Source: Chiloscyllium plagiosum | Lineage: Eukaryota | Assembly: GCF_004010195.1 (NCBI RefSeq) | Contig: NC_057718.1 | Location: 75,681,504 to 75,734,853, forward strand | Direction of reading: 5' to 3' | DNA length: 53,350 nucleotides | In this document: in pieces, positions 12,703-24,082 of the stretch | How the letters are laid out: the number at the start of each line of letters is the position of its first letter | Position numbering within the stretch: the first letter of the stretch is position 1 | Program-made: the position numbers and the translations under genes | The notes under the pieces: generated by a model | Databases searched by the model: none | What the model was told of the DNA's origin: nothing | What the model saw: only the letters and a program-made list of their open reading frames with translations

Positions 12703-12930
12703 ATGGTGTTGCAATAGAGAATACTCGAGAGAGGGAAAGTAATATTGCATCTGCAGAGTCTCTGAATGCAACAAACAACCGACAATCCTCAACCATTGGA
12801 AGGATAGTCAACTGGACTGCCAAGTACCGGGCCAAAAGGTCAACCTTTTTCCCAAATGGAGTTAAAGTTTGCACCACAGAATCAATGCGGCAGATCATGG
12901 CCAGTCACCTTGCATATTACAAGTTAAAGG
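12703..12930 (+). CDS. IMPG1: IMPG1-like coding exon (putative exon 2)
   Basis: Acceptor ttgtgtttgcAG (12701-02), donor G|GTAAGA (12931), phase 1/1. Encodes (D)GVAIEN...[47 protein letters not shown], resembling vertebrate IMPG1 '[35 protein letters not shown]' as recalled. Confidence 0.9.
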
Positions 12931-13119
12931 GTAAGAAATGCATTTCATGTTTAACAATTTGAAGTTAGGTCTCTCATGTGCAAATATGTATATGGTGAAA
13001 ATATTCTCTAGGACTTACTTCACTTTACAAATCAGCATCATCAATGAGTGAGTAGCCTCTACTCACTCTGTTTGTTCTTAACACAAATCTTTATCAAGCA
13101 GCCCTTTTCCATAAAAAAA

Positions 13120-14170
13120 GTCATAAAGTTATGGAAACAGACCCTTCAGTCCAACTTGTCCATGCTGACCAGATATTTTAAATTAATCTAGTCCCATTTG
13201 CCAGCACTTGGCCCATATCTTTCTAAACCCTTCCTATTCATGTACCCATCCAGGTGCTTTTTAAATGTGGAAGAGTGTGGTGCTGGAAATGCACAGCCGG
13301 TCAGGCAGCATCCAAGGAGCAGGACAGTTGACTTTTTGAGCAGACTTTTTTTGTCAACATTCCTGATGAAGAGCTTATGCTCAAAACGTCGATTCTCCTG
13401 CTCCTCAGATGCTGCCTGACTGGCGATTCTGATCCCCAGCATCTGCAATCCTCATTTCTCCTAGTTTTTTAAATGTTGTAATTGTACCAGCTTCCACCAC
13501 TTCCTCTGGTAGCTTATTCCATACGTGCACCACCCTCTGCATAAAAATGTTGCCCCTTAAGTCCATTTGTTTTCCCCTTTCACCTTAAAACTATGCCTTC
13601 TAGTTTCCCCTACCATGGGAAAAAGACTTTGGCTATTCACCCTATCCACGCCCCTCATGATTTGATAAAACTCTATAAGATCACTCCTCAGCCTCCAATA
13701 ATACAGGGAACATAACCCCAGCCTATTCAGCCTCTCCCTGTAGCTCAAATCCTCCAACCCTGGCAACATCCTTGTAAATCTTTTCTGCACCATTTCAAGT
13801 TTAACCACATCCTTCCTATAGCAGGGGGACTAGAATTAAACCCAGCATTCCAAAAGTAGCCAAATTAATGTCCTGCACAGCTGCAACATGTCCTCCCAAC
13901 TCCTATACTCAATACACTGACCAAAAAGGTAAGCGTTCCAAATGCCTTGTTCACTACCTTGTCCAACTATGATCCCACCTTCAAGGAACTATGAATTTTG
14001 TATCCAAATAGCTAGTCTCCCTGGATTCTATTTGATCTAATCTTGCTAAATAATCTACCACATGAAACCTTGTCGAACACATCCAAATAGCTAGCTCTCC
14101 CTGGATTCCATGTGACCTATCCTTGCTAACCAGTCTACCATGTGGAACCTTGTTGAATGCTTTGCTCAAG
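13120..14170 (-). mobile_element. CR1 LINE 3' fragment with internal insertion and ~80-bp duplication
   Basis: ORFs 13557-13808 (VQKRFTRMLPGLEDLSYRERL) and 13981-14169 (SKAFNKVPHGRL). atccaaatagctag repeated at 14002 and 14081. Confidence 0.85.
13269..13465 (+). mobile_element. Penelope-derived fold-back element, family A, 11-bp TSD, inside CR1
   Basis: Hammerhead-like ctgatgaagagcttatgctcaaaacgtc at 13363-13390. TSD tttttaaatgt at 13258-13268 and 13466-13476. Confidence 0.8.
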
Positions 14171-14708
14171 GTGTTTGTGCTAGATGTGAGGCAGTATGAC
14201 CAAAGATCTCAACACCTAAACTTGGGCTGGTGTTGACAGTTTCAGCTAATCCAGAGATACAAGTTCAGCATTTCAGAGACTGCAGAATTTACTTACAAGG
14301 CAAAGGAAGGGAAGCTGTGATGTCAAAAACTGAAAACTAAAATATTCAGTTGCAAATAAAACTTTGCATAAACAATGAGTAATGATTTTACACTAAGACA
14401 GTAATAATACTTTGAGAACTGTGTATTAGAACTGGCATTTCACACAGGAGCCACGGCAGTAGTTAACATTCATTAATTGCCGTCTGGAAGTAAAATCTCT
14501 TTTTTAGTGAAAATGCACAATGTATGGTGAACAATGAAAGTGTAAAGTTACCAAACATTTAGGCACTGCTATCTCTGAGATGACCATTAACACTAAGTTT
14601 CCAATCAAGACAACCAACTTGAATGGACAAATTCATCTCTCAATAGTGTAGGAATTGTGACAAATGCCATGACATGTTCAGACTGGTTCTTGCTACGCTC
14701 AATGAACA

Positions 14709-14993
14709 CGGGCGACACGGTGGTACAGCGGTTAGCACTGCTGCCTCACAGCACCAGAGACTTGGGTTCAATTCCTGCCTCAGGTGACTGTGTGAAGTTT
14801 GCACATTCTTCCTGTGTCTGCTTGGGTTTCCTCTGGGTGCTCCGGTTTCCTCCCACAGTCCAAAAATGTGTAGGTTAGGTGAATTGGCCATGCTAAATTG
14901 CCTGTAGTGTTAGGTGAAGAGGGGAATGGTTCTGGGTGGGTCAGTGTGGATTTGTTGGGCTGAAGGGCCTGTTTCCACTCTGTAACTAATCTA
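14709..14993 (+). mobile_element. HE1/V-SINE
   Basis: Head gggcgacacggtggtacagcggttagcactgctgcc, V-domain, ctaatcta tail. Confidence 0.88.
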
Positions 14994-16116
14994 AACAAAG
15001 TCAGTTCAATACTATAAGGGGATACATAATCCCTACTGATACAGGCCAAAAAGACTCCTTCTGTATTCTGACCATTCTGTCATTTTGTTAGTTTAACCCA
15101 TTACCTCAAACCAATATGATTTACAAAAACTTCATTTCTAAAACGTATGATATTCCAACAATCTTTTGACTAAACAGAAGCCTAGATATCTTGTGAGCCT
15201 CAGAAATAAACACCTAAGAGACAAATTTAACTTAATTGCAACATTACTTAACCCCGAAATTCCTTAGTAAATTAAACACACAATTTCGTCTTCACCACTG
15301 TACTGACAAACAAACAAATATTCTGATGAATATAATGGGAACTGGACTGAACAGACCCTATCCCTCCAAAAAAGTATGGAATAATTACGCACATGCAGTG
15401 TGTAATTATTCCATACTCACTCAGTATGATGCAGGCAGCACAGCAACGTCACGTTTCTTGGTCATTACAATAACTGTGACACATAACTATCAACTAATCT
15501 GATACAGATACTGCTCAATTCATCACATTCCCATTACTGAACTACAGACAGGTAATCAGGATTGAAAACTAGCATTATAGCTATCACATCCTCATTCACC
15601 TATCACCATCGCAAACCTTACAAAAAATGTCATACCTTGTAGACTATTTAACTACAGTAAGCCTATCAACCAAACAAATTGCACTGATACAAGCAGATTG
15701 TTTCATGTCTGGTGGTCTGTTATAGGGACAGTATGATAGGGTGACAGGATTCTTGATGCCACCACTAGTTTTCTACCAATTCCTTTACTGTTGCCTGTGA
15801 CTCATTTAGCCTAGACTGCTGTCAACCATACCAAAAGATGCACCTAAAGCAGGACCTTCTCTGGCCTAGGTTGCTTATGACTGTCCTCCATCTTAGATTC
15901 CTACTGAAAGGCAGCAGCCTTCTAATAGCCATAATGTAAACACTATGCATGAGCCCCTGGACTGAGTAAGGTACATGGAAGATAGGCACTAAGAAATTTA
16001 AGAGTGTGATTACTTTTGGAATGTTTACTTTGTGTTCTCTTTTACTGTCAAAGGACAATGTGATATCATTGATGGAAGAACAGTAAGATTTGATGCTGTG
16101 GTGAATGGGAAATTTA

Positions 16117-16237
16117 TGATTTGGAGATGCCGGTGTTGGACTGGGGTGTACAAAATTAAAAATCACACAACACCAGGTTATAGTCCAACAGGTTTAATTG
16201 GAAGCACACTAGCTTTCGGAGCGACGCTCCTTCATCA
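16117..16237 (-). mobile_element. Penelope-derived short element, family B (single arm), 10-bp TSD
   Basis: Same sequence as the 11992 and 50012 arms. gggaaattta at 16107-16116 and 16238-16247. Confidence 0.75.
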
Positions 16238-16238
16238 G
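16206..16238 (-). ncRNA. Minimal hammerhead ribozyme motif (intact core and stem II)
   Basis: Minus strand reads CUGAUGA-A-GGAGC-GUC-GCUCC-GAAA-GC-UA-GUG: conserved core, 5-bp stem II, self-complementary AGCU as stem III. The 5' strand of stem I appears lost at the insertion junction. Confidence 0.65.
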
Positions 16239-16350
16239 GGAAATTTAGGTTGAGTTTATTGTCGTCATACTTGGAAGCTTTCCGCATAGATAGCCTGATT
16301 TCAATTCAACTGTCTAAACTGCTCCACCTTCTTTTCCTCCTTCTCCCTTG

Positions 16351-16548
16351 GAGAAAGTGAGGACTGCAGATGCTGGAGATCAGGTCAAGAGTGTGGTGCT
16401 GGAAAAGCACAGCAGGCCAGGCAGCATCGGAGAAGCAGGAGAATCAATGTTTTGGGCATAAGCCCAATGTTGTTTCCTAATAATGGGCTTATGCCAGAAA
16501 CGTTGATTCTCCTGCTACTCTGATGCTTTTCCAGCACCACACTCTGGA
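16351..16548 (-). mobile_element. Penelope-derived fold-back element, family A, 14-bp TSD
   Basis: gagaaagtgaggactgcagatgctgg terminus, inverted arms. TSD ctccttctcccttg (16337-16350) / ctccttcgcccttg (16549-16562). Confidence 0.8.
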
Positions 16549-18786
16549 CTCCTTCGCCCTTGTACTTGCTCCTCCTCTTTCTCTTCTGCTCATTATATAG
16601 CTGGTGGAAAGGCCTGTCACTTAATGATAACTATGTTGTGCAGCATGAACCAAACCATCATGTATTTTGATACTCGCTATTCTGAGTATTACAGGGCTCG
16701 CCCAGAGGGGATCAGGTAGCAGAAGTGTTGTTACAGCATGGTACCAGTCTGCTTTTTCATTTCTTGTATAGCTTCCATTGCATGCATGTTGCCCATGTGT
16801 GCGTGTGTAGATTACACGTTAGAATCATGAGGCATATCATCAGCAGGTGCCTCTCTGGTTTGTCATAGTTGCTTAAATGAAGCTGGTACTGTGAAGTCCA
16901 CAAGGTTGTGACTAGTGTTAGAATATTAGTGACTGATTCTCTGCACTTGGTAGCTGTTAAGGGACAGGAATCCTTTTTATTCACAGTTGACTTGTGGTAC
17001 CCGCAGAGTAATGTGCAAATAATCAATAGCATCGTCATTCCACAGCCGCTGTCTGGCAAAAGACAACAAAATAAAAAGTCCCAGTAACTTATCCGATACA
17101 ATAATAGATAGAAGATTCTGATATATTTCATAAATATCTCCAGCTCTATCTTAAAAGGAGACAGACCCATAAATGTTTTTGCTGCAGTTAGCTTCAAAGT
17201 CACGAAACAATATCATTCTTGCCCTGATCTAGAGTTGTAATTGTTGCTCCAGCAGTGAAGATACCCTTACAAAAGTATGGACTTCTCACATACTATTCCT
17301 TGGCTAATCTTCAGATATGAGATCTGAACACTTTGCACAAATATGGCCTCCTACTTTCTCCCCTCCTCCTTCTTCCACTTCAAGCAGCTTGATCGATTCT
17401 ACAACGCCTCAATTTATTTCTGCACTTTAACATTTACAGTTACAACTAGTAGAGTCAATCAGAAACAAACTGAAAATAATTGATAATCTTTTTAAGTAGC
17501 ATTGTTGGAGTAGGTGGAGGAGTCAAATCTATTTGACATACTGCTTGATGCCATAATCCACCTACCTTGCATCCTTCTGGCAGATACTCATTGCTCCATT
17601 CTAAATATTCACCAACACAGTATTCAACAAAACTTACAGTTCACATGGCTGTTTGGAAAGTGAATCTATCCAAGTATCTCTTCAGTATCCATAATGTTCT
17701 TCAACAGAACAAGGTACAACTCCATGAATGTCCAAATATACTGTGATGATCAAAATATTCTGCATTTTAATGCCAAGATTCAATTTTTACTGTAAGAGAA
17801 TTGTTTGATAAATCAGGAACTTCCAAAGTCAGAGAAAGTTGGACATTTGGTTTCCTGGGAAGAAGAATTACCTGCTTGAAACTGGTTTGTAGCAAGATAA
17901 TTTCATACCCATCAGAAAAAAACAATCAGGCATAATAAAGAGATTGGCTCACTGTCAAAACAGATATTTGGTTATCCTCAACTAATTTTTTTTGATTTTC
18001 CAACCACACTGACTGGTGTTTTACAATGTGCCCTGGATAGAGATGGCAATGTAAAGTAATTTTGTTTGGTGCCCAGGCACAATAAGAATAGAGGTCACAA
18101 TATTATACAAAGGAACAAATTGATCAATTCAGCAATTAATTTCATTGTCAACTCCCAACAGCCCACAGTCACAAAACATCTTAGTACTTGCATGGTTTTG
18201 CTGAGCCTCTAATCTGTAGAAACCAGCTTCTTCAGACATCGTTTTTCATTCTTCCACATTCTTCGCAATAGGCTTTTCTTGTGTTTGTCTCCACTTAGTT
18301 GTTGACATGATTCACTCTATTATATCTGAAATACTCACAAATTTATGTTGTGCTTCAGGGTCTATTGTTAGTTTTCAATGTTGTGGTTGACTGACTTGCT
18401 GTACTTGAAGTTCACACATGTGGAATTATGCCAACATACACATATGTATCAAGAATGGAAAAATCTTGAGGAATAGGAATTGCTGTTACGTGATATCTCA
18501 TGAACAGTATACCAGTAGACCCTGACACTGATGAGAAGACACATACTCAGGATATCATCACTGTAACATAGTATGTGAACCAAGGATGTAAAGGTCCCAT
18601 GCTGTAATTTACCTCTGATCTCTGAAGTCTGACACTGTCCTGGAAACATGATCCTCAAGCTATAACCAAATGGTTTAATTTTAGTCCAGGTGCATACAGA
18701 GCCATAAAGTCAAACAGCATCAGAAACAGGTCCTTTAGCCCACCATGCCTACGTTGACCAACAAACATCATACTGTACTAATCCCA

Positions 18787-19868
18787 GCATTGCTAGCAGA
18801 AGCAGTAACGCAACATTTGGAACATACTGCCCTCCCTACAATCCAATCCAAACACTGGATCAAGTATGTAGATGATGCCTTTGTCATCAATAAATGGACA
18901 CAACTGGAAGAAACTCTCCACCACATCAATAACATCCTCACTGGAATAAAGTTCACGAAAGAAGCGGAGAACAACAGCAGGCTCCCCTTCCTGGATGTTC
19001 TAGACAGTGTGTACAGAAAGAACATCCATACAGACCAGACACTGAACTATCAAATCAACCATCCCAGCACCCATAAATGAAGCTGCATTAAGACGCTGTA
19101 TAAATGAACAATGACACACTGCAGCAATCCAGAACGCCAGAGGGAAGAACAGGAACACTTATTCAAGGAATTTAATTGGAATGGGTACCTCAAGAGCACT
19201 ATTCTCAGGTACTTAAGCCATAAGCCTAAGGAAGAAAACACTACATGGCCAGACACAACAGTGATCATACAGCAGAAATTACTACCTGACTACTCAGACC
19301 CCTAAGAATTACAGTGGCCTTCAAACCAGTAAACACCTTTCACCAGACCCTCACAAAAGTTAAAGATCAGCCACCCACATCCAACAGGACAAACATAATC
19401 CACAAGATACCCTGCAAGGACTGTGAAAAACACTACATAGGACAAACAGGAAGAACACTGACCATACGAGTGCATGAACATCAGCTTGCCACTGACAGAC
19501 ACGACCAGTACTCTCTCACTTATTACAGACAGACAATGAGAGACACAAATTCGACTGGAACAATGTACCCATCCTAGCACAGGCAAAACAGAGACACATG
19601 AGTCATTTCCTTGAAGCCTGGCACTCCAGCTGGAACTCAACCAATAAGCACATTGAACCCCCATATACAACCACTTAGATACAGAACCAGAAGTACCAGA
19701 AAACAGAGACACATAGATATCAGGTGGGACAGACCACCAATGCTTCACCAGAGGAGCACTGATGGTGTCACCTAGTGAGCTGACAAAATGTCTGCAAAAA
19801 AAAAATCAGCTCGGTGAACAAATCTATGACTTCACCCACAACCCGAGCTACAAATCTTTTCAAAGGTT
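18787..19868 (+). mobile_element. Penelope-like retroelement, 5'-truncated (RT C-terminus + GIY-YIG), pseudogenised
   Basis: WIKYVDDAF, LPFLDV, VYRK..HTDQTLNY..NHP, and IHKIPCKDCEKHYIGQTGRTLTIRVHEH. TSD ctgtactaatccca (18773-86) / ctatactaatccca (19869-82). Decayed hammerhead at 19759-19795. Confidence 0.9.
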
Positions 19869-21620
19869 CTATACTAATCCCATTTATCTGCACTTTGTCC
19901 ATTGCCTATTGTGCCCTGATAATTTCATTGCTTGTCCAAATACTTTTTAAAAGTTAGAAGTGTACTTATCTCCACTATCCCATCAAGTAACACACTCCAT
20001 ATTTCTACCACAGCCTCCTATGCTCAGGGAAAGCGACCCCAGCTTATACAGTCTCTCTTCATAACCAAGATTTTTCATCCAGGCAACATCTTGGTGAATC
20101 TTCTCTGCTCCCTCTCCAATGAAATCACATCCTTCCACTCGTCTGGTTACCAGAACTGCACACATTAGTGCATCTATGACCTAATTAATAGTTTGTAAAG
20201 TTACAATGACACTTCCCTGCTCTTATATTCTGTTCTTAGCTAATTAAGGCAAGCAATCATATGCCTTTTCCACCATCCTGTCTACCTATGCTGACACCTT
20301 CAGGAATCTATGGAGTTGTACACAAATATCCCTCAGTAATCCCAAGGGACCCATCATTCATTATATAAATCCTTCCCTTATTCAACATCCCAAATTGTAT
20401 CACCTCACACTTATCAGGATTAAATCCATCTGCCATTGTTCTTCCCGATTTACCAGCTGAATAATATCAAACTGCAGTCTGGGATCATCCTTCTCACAAT
20501 CAACACCATTAATTTTCATATTATCTGCAAACTTACTAATGATATCATCTGCATTCATATCCAAGTTATTAATGTACATAAGAAACAGCAAGGATCCCAG
20601 CACTGATCACTGTAATGTAGCACTAGTAACCAATCACAAAGGCAACCCTCCATCATTGCCCTTTTCTTCCTACTTGCAAGCCAATTTTGGATCCAGTTTA
20701 CAACACATCTTCGATCCCATGGGCTGTTATGTTTTAGATGAGCCTTCTATGGGAGAACTTGTCAAAAGCCTTACTGAAGTCCAGGTAAACCACATCAACT
20801 GCGCTACTTCATCAATATATTTAGTCACCTTTTCAAAAAACCCAATTAAATTAGTCAGGATCTCCCACCAACAAATCCATGCTGACAATCCATGATCAAT
20901 TCTTGCCTTTCCAAGTGTTGATTAATTCTGTCCCTCAGAATTTTTTCCAATAATTTCACAGCCACTGACATCAGACTAACTTGTCTGTAATTACCTGGCC
21001 TATATGTGCTGCCCTTCTTGAAAAAAAAACACATTAGCTATCCAGCAGTGGCCAGTGGAATAGTACATATCTCCACAGGGCCCCATTAATCTCCTCCCTT
21101 GCCTCTCATATCAGCCTGGGATAATGTCATCAGGGCCTGAGAATTTATGCACCTCTATGCTTGCTAAAACATCTAATAGTTGCTCCTTATTAATCTTAAC
21201 ATACTCAGATCTCAACTGAAACCTCCAACTAGAATATCTTTCTCCTTTATGGTTACTGAAGAGAAATAATCATGTGATGCCTCACTCATATCCTCTGGCT
21301 CCACCACAGATTAGCCGTTTGGTCTGTAATGGGCCCCACTCTTTCCCTGGTAATCCTCTTGCTCTTAATATACTTATAAAATGCCTTGGGATTTTCCTTA
21401 ATCCTGTGGGCCAAAGATATTTCATGGCCCCTCTTTGCCCTCCTAATTTCTTTTCTAGCCATCCCTGCTATACTCTCCATACTCCTGAAGGGTCTGCCCT
21501 ATTTTTAGTGATCTGCACCTAATCTATTCTTCCTTCTTTTTCTTCATCAAACTCTCAGTATTCCTTGATATGCAAGGTTCCTTGGACTTGCTGCACCTTC
21601 CTTCACTCTTCGAAGAACAT

Positions 21621-21935
21621 GTGGGCGGCACGGTGGCACAGTGGTTAGCACTGCTGCCTCACAGCGCCAGAGACCCAGGTTCAATTCCCGCCTCAGGCGA
21701 CTGACTGTGTGGAGTTTGCACGTTCTCCCCGTGTCTGCATGGGTTTCCTCCGGGTGCTCCGGTTTCCTCTCACAGTCCAAAGATGTGCAGGTCAGGTGAA
21801 TTGGCCATGCTAAATTGCCTGTAGTGTTAGGTAAGGGGTAAATGCAGGGGTATGGGTGGGTTGCGCTTTGGCAGGGTGTGGACTTGTTGGGCCGAAGGGC
21901 CTGTTTCCACACTGTAAGTAATCTAATCTAATCTA
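21621..21935 (+). mobile_element. Young full-length HE1/V-SINE
   Basis: A box tggcacagtgg, B box ggttcaattcc, V-domain, CR1-like 3' end, (taatc)n tail. Nearly identical to 49084-49406. Confidence 0.92.
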
Positions 21936-23149
21936 AACAAAAACATGCTGGCGCTGAACTCTCACCATACTATTTTACAGAAACGTCACTTTCCAAATGT
22001 AGACTGTCCCTAATCTACATTTGCCAGACCTCATTTAATGATATTGAAATTGACCTCCCCCCAGTTTAGGTACTTAAATTCTGCATTATCCTTATCTCTT
22101 TTCTTTATGAAATTGAAACTTACAGAGTAATAGTCACTATCCCCAAAGTGTTCACCCACTGACACTTCAACCACTTAATCTTTTTCATTTCCATGCAATA
22201 TACTTAACACTGTTTCATATCTAGTGGGAATATTTGCATACTGGCACAAAAAGATCTCTCGGATGCACTTCAACATTTCTACCTATTCTGGTTCTTTCAG
22301 ATTAAGGCGATCCCAGTTAATGTTAGCAAACTTGAAATCCTCAACAATTATAATCCTATTTCTCTCACATCCCTCTGCGATTAGCCTATTTATCTGTTCC
22401 TGTATCTCTCTCTGACTGTTGGGAGGCTTATAGTATAATTCCAGTAAAGTGATTGCTCTTTTTTATTTCTAAGATTTACCCAGATGGTCTCATTTAAAGA
22501 GCCTTCTGAGACCTAGTTCCTTATTACTGCAGTGATGGCCTCATTTATTAATAATTCAGTGCCCCCACCTCTTGTACCTACCCCCGATCATGCCTGAAAT
22601 GTTTATATTCTGGAATGTTGAACTTCCTGTCCTGCCCTTCCTTCATCGGGTCCCAGTGACTTCAACAACATCATATTCCCATGTGTGGACAAATGTTGTA
22701 AGTTTGTCAGCTTTACCAGTCAGACTCTTTGCATTAAAGTAGATATAACTTAGTTTTCCAGTTCTCCCAAGTGCCTTATCATGTTCATGTTCTCTCCTCT
22801 GCTTTCTGGACTGTCCTAGTATTCCTTCTATATCTGCTTGATGTGACTTGCCATGGCAAACATCAACCTGTTCTTGGAGGCAGCCAGATGATTACATGAT
22901 TAAAGCAGCAGGAATGCCATCATGTTGCTGCAATCCTGCAGCCTCTGGGTTAAAAGGGCCAGGTGGGGGAATAGTGATGGAGTGCCCTGAGTAAGAGATC
23001 AGGAACTGCAGAGGGCATGTAGGATGAATAGAATAGGGGGATTGAGGGTGTTGAGAGTGATTGAGAGAGAGGACATGCATTCATGACAATGTTAGAGCAT
23101 GAACTTTGGTGCAAGGCATGTGCAGTAGCAGAAAAAGGCTGTATGTGAG

Positions 23150-24082
23150 GTCATAGAGTCATAGAGATGTACAGAATGGAAACAGACGCTTCAGTCCAAC
23201 CCGTCCATGCCGCCCAGATATCCCAACCCAATCTAGTCACACCTGCCGCACCCGACCCATATCCCTCCTAACCCTTCCTATTCATATATCCATCCAAATT
23301 CCTCTTAAATGTTGCAATTGTACCAGCCACCACCACTTCCTCTGGCAGCTCATTCCATACCCATACCACCCTCTGTGTGAAAAAGTTGCCCCTTAGGTTT
23401 GTTTTATATCTTTCCCTCTCACCCTAAACCTATGCCCTCTAGTTCCGGACTCCCCGACACCAGGGAAAAGACTTTGCCTATTTATCCTATCCATGCCCCT
23501 CATAATTTTGTAAACCTCTATAAGGTCAGCCTCCGATGCTCCAGGGAAAACAGCCCCAGCCTGTTAAGCCTCTTCCTATAACTCAAATCCTCCAACCCTG
23601 GCAACATCCTTGTAAATCTTTTCTGAACCCTTTCATGTTTCACAGCATCATTACGATAGGAAGGAGACCAGAATTGCATGCAATATTCCAACAGTGGACT
23701 AACCAATGTCCTGTACAGCCGCAACATGACCTCCCAACTCTTGTACTCAATACTCTGACCAATAAAGGAAAGCATATCAAAAGCCTTCTTCACTATCCTA
23801 TTTACCTGTGACTCCACTTTCAAGGAGCTATGAACCTGCATTCCAAGGTCTCTTTGTTCAGCAACACTCCCTAGGATCTTACCATTAAGTGTATAAGTCC
23901 TGCTAAGATTTGCTTTCCCAAAATGCAGCACCTTACATTTATCTGAGTTAAACTCCATCTGCCACTTCTCAGCTGATTGGCACATCTGGTCAAGATCCTG
24001 TTGTAATCTGAGGTAACCATCTTCGCTGACCACTACACCTACAATTTTGGTGTCATCTGCAAACTTACTAACTGTACCTCTT
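23150..24082 (-). mobile_element. CR1/HER1-like LINE 3' part (outer copy; resumes at 28131-28283)
   Basis: ORF 23518-24033 (LQQDLD...WQMEFNSDKCKVLHFG...LYRTLVSPLLEYCMQFWSP), gtcatagagtcataga tail. Confidence 0.9.

Larger units (their letters stand above)
18700..22780 (-). mobile_element. Old CR1 LINE (APE + RT remnants), interrupted by a Penelope element and a SINE
   Basis: ORFs 20400-20603 (MYINNLD...ISKFADN), 21286-21480 (KEIRRAKRGHEISLA...KENPKAFYKYI), 19983-20165. 3' UTR split at 18786/19869. Confidence 0.8.

Noticed and set aside
21621..21700. tRNA gene-like A/B boxes (also 49084, 14709, 43094)
   Set aside because: tRNA-derived SINE heads continuing into SINE bodies.
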